From Nitrospira sp. (GTDB lineage Bacteria; Nitrospirota; Nitrospiria; Nitrospirales; Nitrospiraceae), in the NCBI GenBank assembly GCA_047150005.1, contig AP038806.1, positions 3,168,001-3,232,000 on the forward strand: a stretch of 64,000 nucleotides of DNA. The letters run 5' to 3'. Shown here one piece after another: positions 1 to 9,680 of the stretch. A program made the position numbers and the translations under genes. Numbering within the stretch: position 1 is the stretch's first letter; every line of letters starts with the position of its first letter. The notes under the pieces are model-generated. The model saw only the letters and a program-made list of their open reading frames with translations. It had not been told where the DNA came from and did not search any database.

Positions 1-26
1 GCTGCGTCTTGTGTAGAGTGGAGCCT

Positions 27-425
27 ATGAACGATCAGATGGGTGAGCAAGACGAATTCCGGTTGTCCGGGATCAACCGTTTCCGACGTCATCCACGGGT
101 CAGAATCGCGACGCCGTTCGCCTGCGCACTGTCGTCACTCAAGCCGCGTCATTGGTTGCGCAAGCCGACGGTGAATCTTGGAGTGGTCTACGATCTGTCG
201 TTGAGGGGGGCGCGGGTCAGCACGCGCGCGGTCATGAGGCCGGGCGACGAAGTGGCGATCAGCCTCCGCTTGCCCAAACAAATCCGCTCCGCCGACATCT
301 CCCTGGCAACCGTCCGCTGGGCCAAAGATCAGTTTGTCGGGTTGGCGTTCACCAGGCTGTCGGCATCATGCTACGGCCGGCTGAAAAAGTACGTGGCGAT
401 CGCCTCCAGAGCCGTCCCGGTATAG
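27..425 (+). CDS. PilZ domain protein
   Basis: RRHPR (RxxxR) and DLSLRG (DxSxxG) c-di-GMP motifs, followed by VRW. ATG at 27 preferred over TTG at 9. Confidence 0.8.
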   Translation: MNDQMGEQDEFRLSGINRFRRHPRVRIATPFACALSSLKPRHWLRKPTVNLGVVYDLSLRGARVSTRAVMRPGDEVAISLRLPKQIRSADISLATVRWAKDQFVGLAFTRLSASCYGRLKKYVAIASRAVPV

Positions 426-437
426 CCCGGCGGAGCG

Positions 438-809
438 ATGGAACGTATGATAAACCAGGTCGAGCCGACTCATCCCGTCAAGGAACTGCGTCGGACACCG
501 CGATTGCGGGTTCCTGTGCCGTTTGCCTGCTCTTTTTCCCGGTTGGGCCTGTCCCGGTGGCGGTTCGGAGACCGGGGCGGTCACGGGGTCGTGTTCGACC
601 TCTCGGTCAGGGGCGCCAGGGTCATGAGCCCGGTTTCCGTGAAGGAGGGAGATGAACTGGCGATATCCCTCAGACTGCCCAATCATCCCACGACGATGAG
701 CCTGGATGCCACCGTCCGGTGGCATCAGGAGCATGTATTCGGCCTCGAGTTCGGTATGATTCCCCAGGGTGCTGAAACCCGCCTGCGCAAGTACCTCGCC
801 CGAATTTGA
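438..809 (+). CDS. PilZ domain protein, paralog of the upstream gene
   Basis: RRTPR and DLSVRG motifs; closely similar to 27..425 (PFACS, GARV, GDELAISLRLP, ATVRW). Confidence 0.85.
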   Translation: MERMINQVEPTHPVKELRRTPRLRVPVPFACSFSRLGLSRWRFGDRGGHGVVFDLSVRGARVMSPVSVKEGDELAISLRLPNHPTTMSLDATVRWHQEHVFGLEFGMIPQGAETRLRKYLARI

Positions 810-903
810 GCGATCGCTTCGTCTACAGAGGAGATTGAATCGGTTTGTGTTACGGGGCCCGGCGCGGACAAGGGTCCGTGCCGGAGAGGGATCGTAATAT
901 GAA

Positions 904-3240
904 TTACTTGATCGCGACCGCCTTGACTTCCTTGAACGTGGTGTGGCCGAGCAGGCATTTCTGAATGCCGTCTTGGAGGAGCGTGCTCATCCCGTCTTCG
1001 ATGGCGGCTTTGACCATCTCCTCGGTCTTGGATTTGGTTTGAATCAGTCGCTTCATGCGGTCGGTCCCCAGCAGCAGCTCATGCAGGGCGACCCGTCCCT
1101 TGAAGCCAGAACGGTTGCAGTTGTCACAGCCCTTCCCCTTGGTAAGGCGGAACGTATTGTCCTGCGGGATTCCGAGCTTGTCCCACAGCTCGGGTCCATA
1201 ACCAAGGCGAATTTCCTCGTATTCCTCCTTGGTTCCCACATACTGTTCTTTGCAGTCCTTGCACACCCGACGAGCCAGGCGTTGAGCGAGCACTCCCAGC
1301 ATTGCGTCGGCGAAACTGAATGAATCGCAACCCATATCGAGGAGCCGCGTCACGGTTTCCACGGCGCTGTTGGTGTGCAAGGTGCTCATGACCAAGTGAC
1401 CGGTCAGCGACGCTTCGATGCCGATCTCGGCCGTCTCCTTATCCCGCATTTCTCCCACCATGATCACGTCCGGGTCCGCTCGCAGGAACGCGCGCATGGC
1501 CTTGGCGAAGGTGAAATCGATCTTCGGCTGCACCTGAACCTGGCGCAGCCCGTATTGGGTGATTTCGACGGGATCTTCCGCCGTCCAGATCTTGATATCG
1601 GGCGTGTTGATGTAGCCGAGCACCGAGTGCAGCGTGGTGGTTTTTCCTGAGCCGGTCGGTCCGACGCACAGGATAATCCCGTATGGCTTCTCCGCGATAT
1701 CCTTAATGGCCTTCAGATTCCGGTCGGAAAAGCCCATCTTGTCGAGCGGCAAGGGCTCGCTGGCTGCGAGGATACGCATGACCACGTCCTCGTTGTACCC
1801 GGCAGTGGGAATCGTCGCCACGCGCAATTCAATTTCCTTGCTTCCGCTCAGGTTGAACTTGATCTTGCCGTCCTGAGGCTTTCTCCGTTCGGCGATGTCC
1901 AGGCTCGCCATGATTTTCAGGCGCGAGACGATCGCGCGCCGGTAGCTCTGTGGAATCTTCATGTACTCGAAACATTCCCCGTCGACCCGGAAACGGACCA
2001 GGGTTTCCCGTTTCTCGCCGTAAGGTTCGATATGAATATCTGATGCGTTTTGTCTGTACGCATCCGCGATAATCTGGTTCGCGAGACGGACGATGGCGCT
2101 GTCGTTCTCATCGAGCCCTCCGGTGGTGGAGGATTCCTCCATCGCCTCGGATTGCGCTTCGGTGACGAGCTCGCCCAGGATGTCCGAGACATTTTCGTCC
2201 AGTTTCCGTCCGCCGACATCGCCTCCACCGGTCGCAGCGGTCAAAAACTGTGAGATGTCGCGACGAAGGCTGACGGCAAAGCGGATGTTGAGCCCGGGGA
2301 ACGTCCGTTTGATGTCCGCCACCCGGTCCAGATCGCCGGGGTCGTCCGTCAGGATTTCGATCGCCGTCCGATCGCGCTTCAACGGCATCCAGTGGTTCTT
2401 CTTGAGATAGTCGACGTTGAGATTTTTGAGTAATTCCACGTCGACGAGCGTGCGCTCGCTGTATTCGATATAGGGGCATTTATGGAACTGAGCCAGTGAC
2501 TTGCCGATGTCCGGCTTCGGCACTTTGTATTTTTCGATTAGGATGCTCTCCAGGTCGGAGAGTCCTTTGCGCGACTCGGCGATGGCGTTGTCGAGTTCGT
2601 TTTGCGTGATGCGGTTGTTTGTAACGAGAAGATCGAACTTGGTGGGAGTCTTCTTCGTCGCCACCTTGCGTAAATTGAAGAAGGCGATGCCCAGCGCTTT
2701 GGCGATTTCGGCGACCGACTCTTCGTCCTTCCTGGTGAAGCGGCCGCCACTTTTCTTGTTGAGCAGCTGCAGCACCCCCATGAGGTACTTGTTGTCGGCG
2801 ACGATCGGATAGGTCAGTACCTGCTTAGTCCTGAAGCCCGTGCGCTTGTCGTAGGCCGTGTCATGGAGCAGGGACGGATGAATGCCTTGAAGTTCCGCGA
2901 TGCTGTAGGCGTCGGCGATATTCACGGGTCGCAGGTATTTGGCGCAGAATCCTGCCAGACTTTGTTCGGTGATGGGAATGCGGACTTCCTCGACCGTATC
3001 GATGTGCGGGACCTTGGAGAAGATTTCCTTCTTCTCTGAATCAAAGGCGAAGAGCGTCAGATCTTCCGCATCGAAGAGACTCAGGATGTCTTTGTGGAGA
3101 TCGAGAAGAATGTGGTCCAGATTGCTGGCGGCGTGGATCTGGGAGGTGATCCGCTTGACGTGTTCTGCGAACTCGACTTTTTGCTGCAGCTCCTGAAGAT
3201 TCTGAGGCATCGATTTCGACTGCATTCCGAGTCGCTCCAC
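904..3240 (-). CDS. GAF-domain-fused PilB/GspE-family secretion/pilus ATPase
   Basis: N-terminal GAF; ASDIHIEP, Walker A GPTGSGKT, EDPVE, LRADPDVIMVGE, STLHTN, tetra-Cys Zn motif. Start may be ATG 3225. Confidence 0.9.
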   Translation of the reverse strand: MERLGMQSKSMPQNLQELQQKVEFAEHVKRITSQIHAASNLDHILLDLHKDILSLFDAEDLTLFAFDSEKKEIFSKVPHIDTVEEVRIPITEQSLAGFCAKYLRPVNIADAYSIAELQGIHPSLLHDTAYDKRTGFRTKQVLTYPIVADNKYLMGVLQLLNKKSGGRFTRKDEESVAEIAKALGIAFFNLRKVATKKTPTKFDLLVTNNRITQNELDNAIAESRKGLSDLESILIEKYKVPKPDIGKSLAQFHKCPYIEYSERTLVDVELLKNLNVDYLKKNHWMPLKRDRTAIEILTDDPGDLDRVADIKRTFPGLNIRFAVSLRRDISQFLTAATGGGDVGGRKLDENVSDILGELVTEAQSEAMEESSTTGGLDENDSAIVRLANQIIADAYRQNASDIHIEPYGEKRETLVRFRVDGECFEYMKIPQSYRRAIVSRLKIMASLDIAERRKPQDGKIKFNLSGSKEIELRVATIPTAGYNEDVVMRILAASEPLPLDKMGFSDRNLKAIKDIAEKPYGIILCVGPTGSGKTTTLHSVLGYINTPDIKIWTAEDPVEITQYGLRQVQVQPKIDFTFAKAMRAFLRADPDVIMVGEMRDKETAEIGIEASLTGHLVMSTLHTNSAVETVTRLLDMGCDSFSFADAMLGVLAQRLARRVCKDCKEQYVGTKEEYEEIRLGYGPELWDKLGIPQDNTFRLTKGKGCDNCNRSGFKGRVALHELLLGTDRMKRLIQTKSKTEEMVKAAIEDGMSTLLQDGIQKCLLGHTTFKEVKAVAIK

Positions 3241-3426
3241 CTGTCGTTAGTATTGACTCCACGGATCGAGAATCGCACGGGAGTTATCCAAGTACTTCGG
3301 CAGGATCACGAGTCAGTCTATCGGAACGGAGGTGGAAGGCAAGGAAAAGGTCGATTTACGATGGAGAAACGGACATCGGGTGCGTGCTGGTGCAACGGTT
3401 CCGGTCGCGCGCACGCGGCGGTGTCG

Positions 3427-5145
3427 TCAAGCGTTCGGGGTTCGAAACGCGCGGGAGAGATCCAGCAACGTGCCGGACACATCGGTCGGGGCGAGCTTGA
3501 GTTTGTCGCCGGTTCGTCGGCTTTTCATTTCCACGGTGCCGCTCGCCAATCCCTTCTCACCCACGATGAGTTGATAGGGGGCGCCGATCAGATCGGCGTC
3601 ATTGAATTTCACCCCGGCGCGCTCGTCGCGATCGTCCAAGAGGACTTCAAATCCGGCCGTCTCCAGCTCCGAATAGAGCCGAGAGGTGGCGTCTCTCACG
3701 GCGGGGGATTCTCCCAAGGGCAGAAGATGCACGTGGAACGGCGCAATGGGGAAAGGCCAGATGATTCCCTTGTCGTCATGGTTCTGCTCGACCGCCGCCG
3801 CCGCCGTTCGACCGACGCCGATCCCGTAGCAACCCATGACCGCAAGGGATTCCTTTCCGTTCGGGTCCAGGAACGAGGCCTTCATCGATTGGCTGTACTT
3901 GGTGCCCAGCATGAAGACGTGTCCTACTTCGATCCCCTTGGTGGTCTTGAGGATGCCGTCTTTGCGCGGTGATGGGTCGCCGGCTCTGGCGTTTCTCAAG
4001 TCGGCGAACCGTTCGACCTGGAAATCCCGATCCCAATTCACGTCCACGTAATGCGTGTCCGCCTGGTTTCCGCCCACGACCGCGTTGCGGGCAGTCTTGA
4101 CGGCGTGATCGGCGATCACCCGCACACCTGTGAGTCCGACCGGACCTGCGAATCCGACCGGGGCACCGGTGAGCGTTTCGACGACGGTTTGGCCGGCCAG
4201 TTCGACTTCGGTCACACCCAGGACCCGCCGGATCTTGATCTCGTTGGCGTCATGATCCCCTCGGACCAGAACGGCGATCGTCTGGTCTCCCGCCGTATAC
4301 AGCAGGGTCTTAATCAAGCGGGTCGGGTCGATCTTCAGGAATGTGGTCACTTCTTCGACGGTCCGGCAATTCGGCGTGTGCACGGGCCGTAACGGCCGGC
4401 GCTCCTCGGTGCTGTCGTCCTCGGGCGGCAACAACTCGGCTCGTTCCACGTTGGCCGCATAGGCGCCCGTTTCGGTGTAGACGACGGTTTCCTCTCCGGT
4501 GTCGGCCAGGACCATGAATTCGTGAGAGGACGTCCCGCCGATCAAGCCGGTATCCGCCTCCACGGCTCGGAAGGTCAGTCCACATCGCGTAAAGATACGA
4601 TGATAGGCGTCGTACATTTTTTGATAGCTCGCGCGTGCCCCGGCCTCGTCGGCGTCGAAGCTATAGGCGTCCTTCATGATGAATTCCCGGCCTCGCATCA
4701 GACCGAAGCGCGGACGGATTTCGTCCCGGAACTTGGTTTGGATCTGATAGAAGTTCAACGGCAGCTGGCGATAGGATCGCACTTCCCGCCTGACCAGGTC
4801 AGTGATGACTTCCTCGTGCGTCGGGCCCAGACAGAAATCCCGCTCGTGCCGGTCCTTGAACCGCAGCAACTCTTTGCCGTAGTAGTCCCAGCGTCCCGTT
4901 TCCCGCCACAGCTCCGCAGGCGAGGCCACCGGCATCAGCAGCTCCTGGGCGCCCGCGCGATTCATTTCTTGGCGGATGATGTCCTCGACTTTGCGGATGA
5001 TGCGCAGCCCGAGAGGCAGATACGTATAGATGCCTGCGGCGACCTTGCGGATGAGCCCCGAGCGGAGCATCAGCCGATGACTGACGGTTTCAGCTTCGCC
5101 CGGGTCTTCCCGCAGAGTGGGGAGGAGGAGTTGGGATGTCCGCAT
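3427..5145 (-). CDS. proS: Prolyl-tRNA synthetase
   Basis: LGPTHEE, KFRDEIRPRFGLMRGREF, INS editing domain, MGCYGIGVGR. Confidence 0.97.
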   Translation of the reverse strand: MRTSQLLLPTLREDPGEAETVSHRLMLRSGLIRKVAAGIYTYLPLGLRIIRKVEDIIRQEMNRAGAQELLMPVASPAELWRETGRWDYYGKELLRFKDRHERDFCLGPTHEEVITDLVRREVRSYRQLPLNFYQIQTKFRDEIRPRFGLMRGREFIMKDAYSFDADEAGARASYQKMYDAYHRIFTRCGLTFRAVEADTGLIGGTSSHEFMVLADTGEETVVYTETGAYAANVERAELLPPEDDSTEERRPLRPVHTPNCRTVEEVTTFLKIDPTRLIKTLLYTAGDQTIAVLVRGDHDANEIKIRRVLGVTEVELAGQTVVETLTGAPVGFAGPVGLTGVRVIADHAVKTARNAVVGGNQADTHYVDVNWDRDFQVERFADLRNARAGDPSPRKDGILKTTKGIEVGHVFMLGTKYSQSMKASFLDPNGKESLAVMGCYGIGVGRTAAAAVEQNHDDKGIIWPFPIAPFHVHLLPLGESPAVRDATSRLYSELETAGFEVLLDDRDERAGVKFNDADLIGAPYQLIVGEKGLASGTVEMKSRRTGDKLKLAPTDVSGTLLDLSRAFRTPNA

Positions 5146-5151
5146 GAGTCG

Positions 5152-6546
5152 TCAGTGGGAGAAGAAGATTCGTTCGAGGTCGTTCCAGAAGGCAAAAATC
5201 ATCACGCCGACCAGCAGGACCAGCCCGACTTGCTGAGCCACTTCGCGCTGGCGCTCGCCGAGCGGCTTCCGGAGGATGCCTTCTATGAGGAAGAAAAGCA
5301 AGTGTCCCCCGTCCAGGATGGGGATAGGAAGGAGATTGAGCACGCCCAGATTGATGCTGAGGATCGCGATGAGGAAGATGACGCTCGAGACACCTTGCGA
5401 GGCGGCTTCGCCGGAAATGTTGGCGATGGTCAGCGGCCCGCCGATGTTCTTGCTCGAAATGTCCCCGACGATCATCTTGTACAGCCCGACCGCGGTCAGT
5501 TCCGTCCAGCCCCAGGTCGCCCCCAGGCCGTCGTAGAGGGAGAGCAGCGGATTGGTCGATCGCATGACGGAACGGCCCGGACCGGATATGCCGATCTTTC
5601 CGACTTCCACCTGCCGGCCGTTCACCGTCGTCTTCTCGGCCGAAGGCGTCACGGTCAGCGGCATGCGCCGACTCTCGCGCAGAACCTCCAGCTGGAGCGG
5701 TCGGTTGGGGTGATCCTTCACCATCCCGGTCATCTGAGACCAGGTGTAGATCGGTTGGCCGTCGATGCTCACGACGCGATCGCCCGCCTGAAGCCCGGCC
5801 TGCGCGGCCGGGGAACCGTGCATGACGGAGGTCACCAACGCAGGCGTCTCTTCAATGCCCAGTGCATAGACCGTTTCATCGGTCTGCGAGGATTGGGATG
5901 GAGCCTTGGTGGGAGCGACGCTGATCGTTTTGGCCTGCCCGTCGCGCAATATCTCGAGGGAAATGGCTTGTCCGTTGCTCTTTGCGACGGCGTCAAAAAG
6001 CTCCGTTCGCGTGGAGATGTCCCGCCCATTGACCTTGGTGATCCGGTCCCCGATCTGCATTCCCGCCTGGGCGGCCGGTGATCCCGGGACCATGGCCTCG
6101 ACGTCGGCGCTCAAGTCCTTGAAGGTCGGTACAAACAGCGGGGAGCCCGTGGCCAGCCAGCCTGCAAAGATCAGATAGGCGAGGATAAAGTTGAAGCCCG
6201 GTCCCGCCGCCACGATCAGCACCTTCCCCCACAAGCCCTGATGCGCGAAGGACCTTCGCCGGTCCTCCGGCGTGATGGCTTCGGCCTCGTCCTCGCCGAA
6301 GAGCTTGACGTAGCCGCCGAGCGGAATCGCGGACACGAGATATTCGGTATCGCCCATCTGCCGGCCGAAGATCTTCGGGCCGAACCCCAGCGAAAACTTG
6401 AGCACTTTGACCCCGACCCAGCGGGCGGCTAGAAAATGGCCGAGCTCGTGAAAGGCCACCAAGACCCCCAGGACGACAAGAAACCACCACGCCTTCTGGA
6501 GCAGGAGCCAGACGCTGTCAGGAGCCCAAGTCAACGCCATAAACAC
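5152..6546 (-). CDS. rseP: RIP metalloprotease RseP with two PDZ domains
   Basis: HELGH, GGYVKL, NLLPIPILDGG; located next to dxr. Confidence 0.95.
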   Translation of the reverse strand: MFMALTWAPDSVWLLLQKAWWFLVVLGVLVAFHELGHFLAARWVGVKVLKFSLGFGPKIFGRQMGDTEYLVSAIPLGGYVKLFGEDEAEAITPEDRRRSFAHQGLWGKVLIVAAGPGFNFILAYLIFAGWLATGSPLFVPTFKDLSADVEAMVPGSPAAQAGMQIGDRITKVNGRDISTRTELFDAVAKSNGQAISLEILRDGQAKTISVAPTKAPSQSSQTDETVYALGIEETPALVTSVMHGSPAAQAGLQAGDRVVSIDGQPIYTWSQMTGMVKDHPNRPLQLEVLRESRRMPLTVTPSAEKTTVNGRQVEVGKIGISGPGRSVMRSTNPLLSLYDGLGATWGWTELTAVGLYKMIVGDISSKNIGGPLTIANISGEAASQGVSSVIFLIAILSINLGVLNLLPIPILDGGHLLFFLIEGILRKPLGERQREVAQQVGLVLLVGVMIFAFWNDLERIFFSH

Positions 6547-6585
6547 GGGGTTACTCCATTTCGGATTGTTATCAAGTTCGGATTG

Positions 6586-7746
6586 TTATCGAGCCAATGA
6601 TCCAGCGAGCGATTCGGCCTTTTCTCTGGCCCATCGGTCGGCCTCCAGCGCGGCCTCGATCGTATCGACCTCGCGGCGCTGATGGGCATCCATGGTCTGT
6701 CTGATGATGTCCGCGATGGCTGGGAACTTGATGCCGCCGTTCAAGAATGCTTCCACCGCGATTTCGTTGGCGGCGTTCATCGCAGCCGGCATCGTTCCGC
6801 CGATGCGCAGCGATTCGTAGCCCAGTCGGAGACAGGGAAAACGATCGTGGTCGGGTTTGCAGAACGACAACCTGCCCACCTCCGTGAGATCGAGCGACGG
6901 AAGGTCAAGGGCTAGACGTTCAGGGTAGCGCATGGCGTAGGAGATCGGGGTCCGCATGTCCGGTAATCCGAGTTGGGCGATCATCGATCGATCTCCGTAT
7001 TCTACCAGAGAGTGGATGATGCTTTCCCGGTGAACCAGCACGTCGATGCGGGATTCCGGGATATCGAACAGCCATCGGGCTTCGACCACTTCCAGACCTT
7101 TGTTCATTAGCGTGGCGGAATCGATAGTGATCTTGGCGCCCATTTTCCAGTTGGGGTGTTGGAGCGCTTGCTCAGGGGTGACTTCCTGCAGTTGTTCCTT
7201 GGTGAGAGTCCAGAGCGCGCCACCGGACGCGGTCAGGATCAGGCGCCGGACATCCTCGATCCGGTGGCCTTCCAACGACTGGAAGATGGCGCTATGTTCG
7301 CTATCGACCGGAAAAATCTTGACCTTGTGACGACGGGCTTCCTCCTGCATCAACTGTCCGGCCATCACCATCGGTTCCTTGTTGGCCAGGGCGATGTGCT
7401 TGCCGCTGCGAATGGCCGCCAAGGTAGGGACGAGTCCGGCTCCACCGACAATGGCCGACACGACCAACTCCGCCTCCTGGAGTGCTGCGACCTGGGTCAG
7501 ACCGTCCTGTCCGGACAGAATTTCAACGGAGACATCGGCGCAGCGGCGGCGGAGCCTGGCTGCGGCCGCTTCGTTGGCCAGAGCGACGACACGCGGTTTG
7601 TACCGGCGGATCTGGTCATCCAACATGTCATCGTTGTTTCCCGCCGTCAAACCGGCGACTCGAAACTGATCGGGAAATCGGCTCACGATATCCAGGGTGT
7701 TCGTCCCGATTGAGCCGGTGGATCCCAGGATTACGATAGTCTTCAT
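6586..7746 (-). CDS. dxr: 1-deoxy-D-xylulose-5-phosphate reductoisomerase
   Basis: GSTGSIG, LANKE, PVDSEH, HPNWKMGAKITIDSATLMNKGLE. Confidence 0.97.
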   Translation of the reverse strand: MKTIVILGSTGSIGTNTLDIVSRFPDQFRVAGLTAGNNDDMLDDQIRRYKPRVVALANEAAAARLRRRCADVSVEILSGQDGLTQVAALQEAELVVSAIVGGAGLVPTLAAIRSGKHIALANKEPMVMAGQLMQEEARRHKVKIFPVDSEHSAIFQSLEGHRIEDVRRLILTASGGALWTLTKEQLQEVTPEQALQHPNWKMGAKITIDSATLMNKGLEVVEARWLFDIPESRIDVLVHRESIIHSLVEYGDRSMIAQLGLPDMRTPISYAMRYPERLALDLPSLDLTEVGRLSFCKPDHDRFPCLRLGYESLRIGGTMPAAMNAANEIAVEAFLNGGIKFPAIADIIRQTMDAHQRREVDTIEAALEADRWAREKAESLAGSLAR

Positions 7747-7756
7747 GATGGCTCCT

Positions 7757-8638
7757 TCACGCCAAGGTCTCAGAGCGGGTCATCAACGTCACATAGTAGA
7801 AGAACGTCGGGGCCGTGAACAAGAGACTGTCGAGGCGATCAAGCATGCCTCCATGACCGGGTAGCACACCGCCCGAATCTTTGGCGCCGACGCTTCGCTT
7901 CATCGCCGATTCCGCCAGATCGCCCCACAGTCCCGCCGCGGTCAGCAGCAGAGCGAGCACGGCGCAATCAATCATCGACAGCGCGGGCAAAAACCACCAG
8001 CGCGCCAGATAGGCGGCCATCGCGGCGGCGAGCAACCCGCCCAACAAACCTTCGACGGACTTCTTTGGGCTAATTCGTGGTGCCAGCCGATGCCGCCCCC
8101 AGATGGTTCCCGCGTAATAGGCTCCCGTGTCGCTGGCCCATGTCACGAGCAGGAGAAAAAACACGAGCCATTCGCCATGATCGAGCAATCGAGTTCGGAT
8201 CACGAAGCTGAGCGTCACGCCAAGATATAAGATCCCCAAGAGAGTCGCGGCGCTGTTCCTCAAGACGTGATCCAGAGGAAGTCGCAGGACGAGGGAGATC
8301 GACAGTGTTCCGATCACCGCGGCGAGCAGGGCTGGGACCAGGAACTCACCGTAATGGGGCGCCAGGAGCAGCGCGGCGAATCCAAGGAGGCCGATTCCAA
8401 CATAAGGCCGTTCACCCGGTGGCATGAGACCGAGCCGGTAGAATTCCAGCAAGGCGATCGAACCCACCGTGAAGACGAGCCCCGTGAACGCGAAGGGAGG
8501 GAAGTAGCGGATCGCGGCATAGAGCAGCGGCGCCAGCACCAGCACCGTATAGACGCGGCGGGCGTCGAATCGGCGCGCCACCGTCGGCATCGACGGATCA
8601 TGACTCGTGATGCGGCACTCCACCATATTCGTATTCAC
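7757..8638 (-). CDS. cdsA: Phosphatidate cytidylyltransferase
   Basis: SPKKSVEG, KDSGGVLPGHGGMLDRLD; lies between uppS and dxr. Start uncertain. Confidence 0.93.
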   Translation of the reverse strand: MNTNMVECRITSHDPSMPTVARRFDARRVYTVLVLAPLLYAAIRYFPPFAFTGLVFTVGSIALLEFYRLGLMPPGERPYVGIGLLGFAALLLAPHYGEFLVPALLAAVIGTLSISLVLRLPLDHVLRNSAATLLGILYLGVTLSFVIRTRLLDHGEWLVFFLLLVTWASDTGAYYAGTIWGRHRLAPRISPKKSVEGLLGGLLAAAMAAYLARWWFLPALSMIDCAVLALLLTAAGLWGDLAESAMKRSVGAKDSGGVLPGHGGMLDRLDSLLFTAPTFFYYVTLMTRSETLA

Positions 8639-8685
8639 CAGGTCAGACAGGATGCTCCGTGACGGTGTGTCGTTGAACGATCCGT

Positions 8686-9471
8686 CTAGGAAGTGAGGCT
8701 GCTGAAGACGCGGCCGAAACGGCGCTCCCGGCGCTGAAATTCGAGCAAGGCCAGCAGCAATTCACGCCGTCTGAAGTCGGGCCAGAGCGTGGGCGTGAAG
8801 TAGAGTTCGGTATAGGCCAGCTGCCACAACAGGAAATTGCTGATGCGCGTTTCCCCGCTGGTGCGGATCAACAGGTCCGGGTCGGGCAAATCATGGGTGT
8901 ACAGGAACTGATGCACGAGCGATTCGTCGACCTCATCCGGTTGAATCTTTCCATCCCGAACTTCCCGGGCGATCTGGCGCACGGCGTCCACCATTTCAGC
9001 TCTGCCGCCGTAACTCAGGGCTACCGTCAGGTGCAACTTGTTGAGATGGGCGGTTTCGTGCTCCGCGGCGCGCACCCATTGAAGGGCGGAGGCCGGAAGC
9101 AGTTCCGATCGTCCGATCGTCCGGAACCGCACGCCTTGTTCGATCAGCTTGTTGCGTTCGGTGGAGAGGTAATATTCCAGCAGCCCCATCAAGGCGTTGA
9201 TTTCCTGAGGCGGCCGGTTCCAGTTCTCCTGGGAGAAGGCAAAAATCGTCAACGCCTGAATGCCTAGTTCGAGGCAGCTCGTGATCATTTCCCGGACGGA
9301 TTTGATCCCTTCCCGGTGGCCGGCAATGCGGGGCAGGTTCCGCGCTGCGGCCCAGCGACCATTTCCATCCATGATGATCGCCAGGTGCTTGGGAAGGAGA
9401 TCGGGATCGAGTTTGGCAGCGAGGTCCGCGTCTGAAAGTTGGTCGATACCAGCGGATAATCCGGTATTCAT
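8686..9471 (-). CDS. uppS: Undecaprenyl diphosphate synthase (isoprenyl transferase)
   Basis: IIMDGNGRW, FSQENWNRP, IRTSGETRISNFLLWQ. Start placed at ATG 9471, below a predicted promoter. Confidence 0.95.
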   Translation of the reverse strand: MNTGLSAGIDQLSDADLAAKLDPDLLPKHLAIIMDGNGRWAAARNLPRIAGHREGIKSVREMITSCLELGIQALTIFAFSQENWNRPPQEINALMGLLEYYLSTERNKLIEQGVRFRTIGRSELLPASALQWVRAAEHETAHLNKLHLTVALSYGGRAEMVDAVRQIAREVRDGKIQPDEVDESLVHQFLYTHDLPDPDLLIRTSGETRISNFLLWQLAYTELYFTPTLWPDFRRRELLLALLEFQRRERRFGRVFSSLTS

Positions 9472-9526
9472 AGGGTCTTGTTTTCGAATGGCCCTTTCAT
9501 TGAAAGTATGTGCGGCAGGCAACGAA

Positions 9527-9555
9527 AGTCTACTGAGCCGGCCGAGGAAAGTCAA
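9527..9555 (-). promoter_or_regulatory. Sigma70-type promoter for the uppS operon
   Basis: Minus strand TTGACT (9555-9550), 17 nt, TAGACT (9532-9527). Confidence 0.55.
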
Positions 9556-9605
9556 ACAGTATTTCCTAAATTCCTTGCAAAAGCGATGGGTTGGATGAAC
9601 TTGCG

Positions 9606-9635
9606 TTGCGCCTGCTCGAATGGATCGGCTATACT
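9606..9635 (+). promoter_or_regulatory. Possible sigma70 promoter for tldD
   Basis: TTGCGC, 18 nt, TATACT, ending 45 nt before ATG 9681. Confidence 0.4.
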
Positions 9636-9680
9636 CCGAATTCTCCGGATGACGATCATCACACAACAGAGAGTTCCCTC

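Noticed and set aside
4522..6081. 519-aa + strand ORF and similar long antisense ORFs (10221-11627, 18526-19626, 26055-27104, 48985-50010, 54315-55502)
   Set aside because: Shadow frames of well-supported genes on the opposite strand, common in high-GC DNA.
9544..9553. GAGGAAAGTC, like the RNase P RNA signature
   Set aside because: Not followed by CGG, no 3' partner motif, and explained by a minus-strand -35 box.
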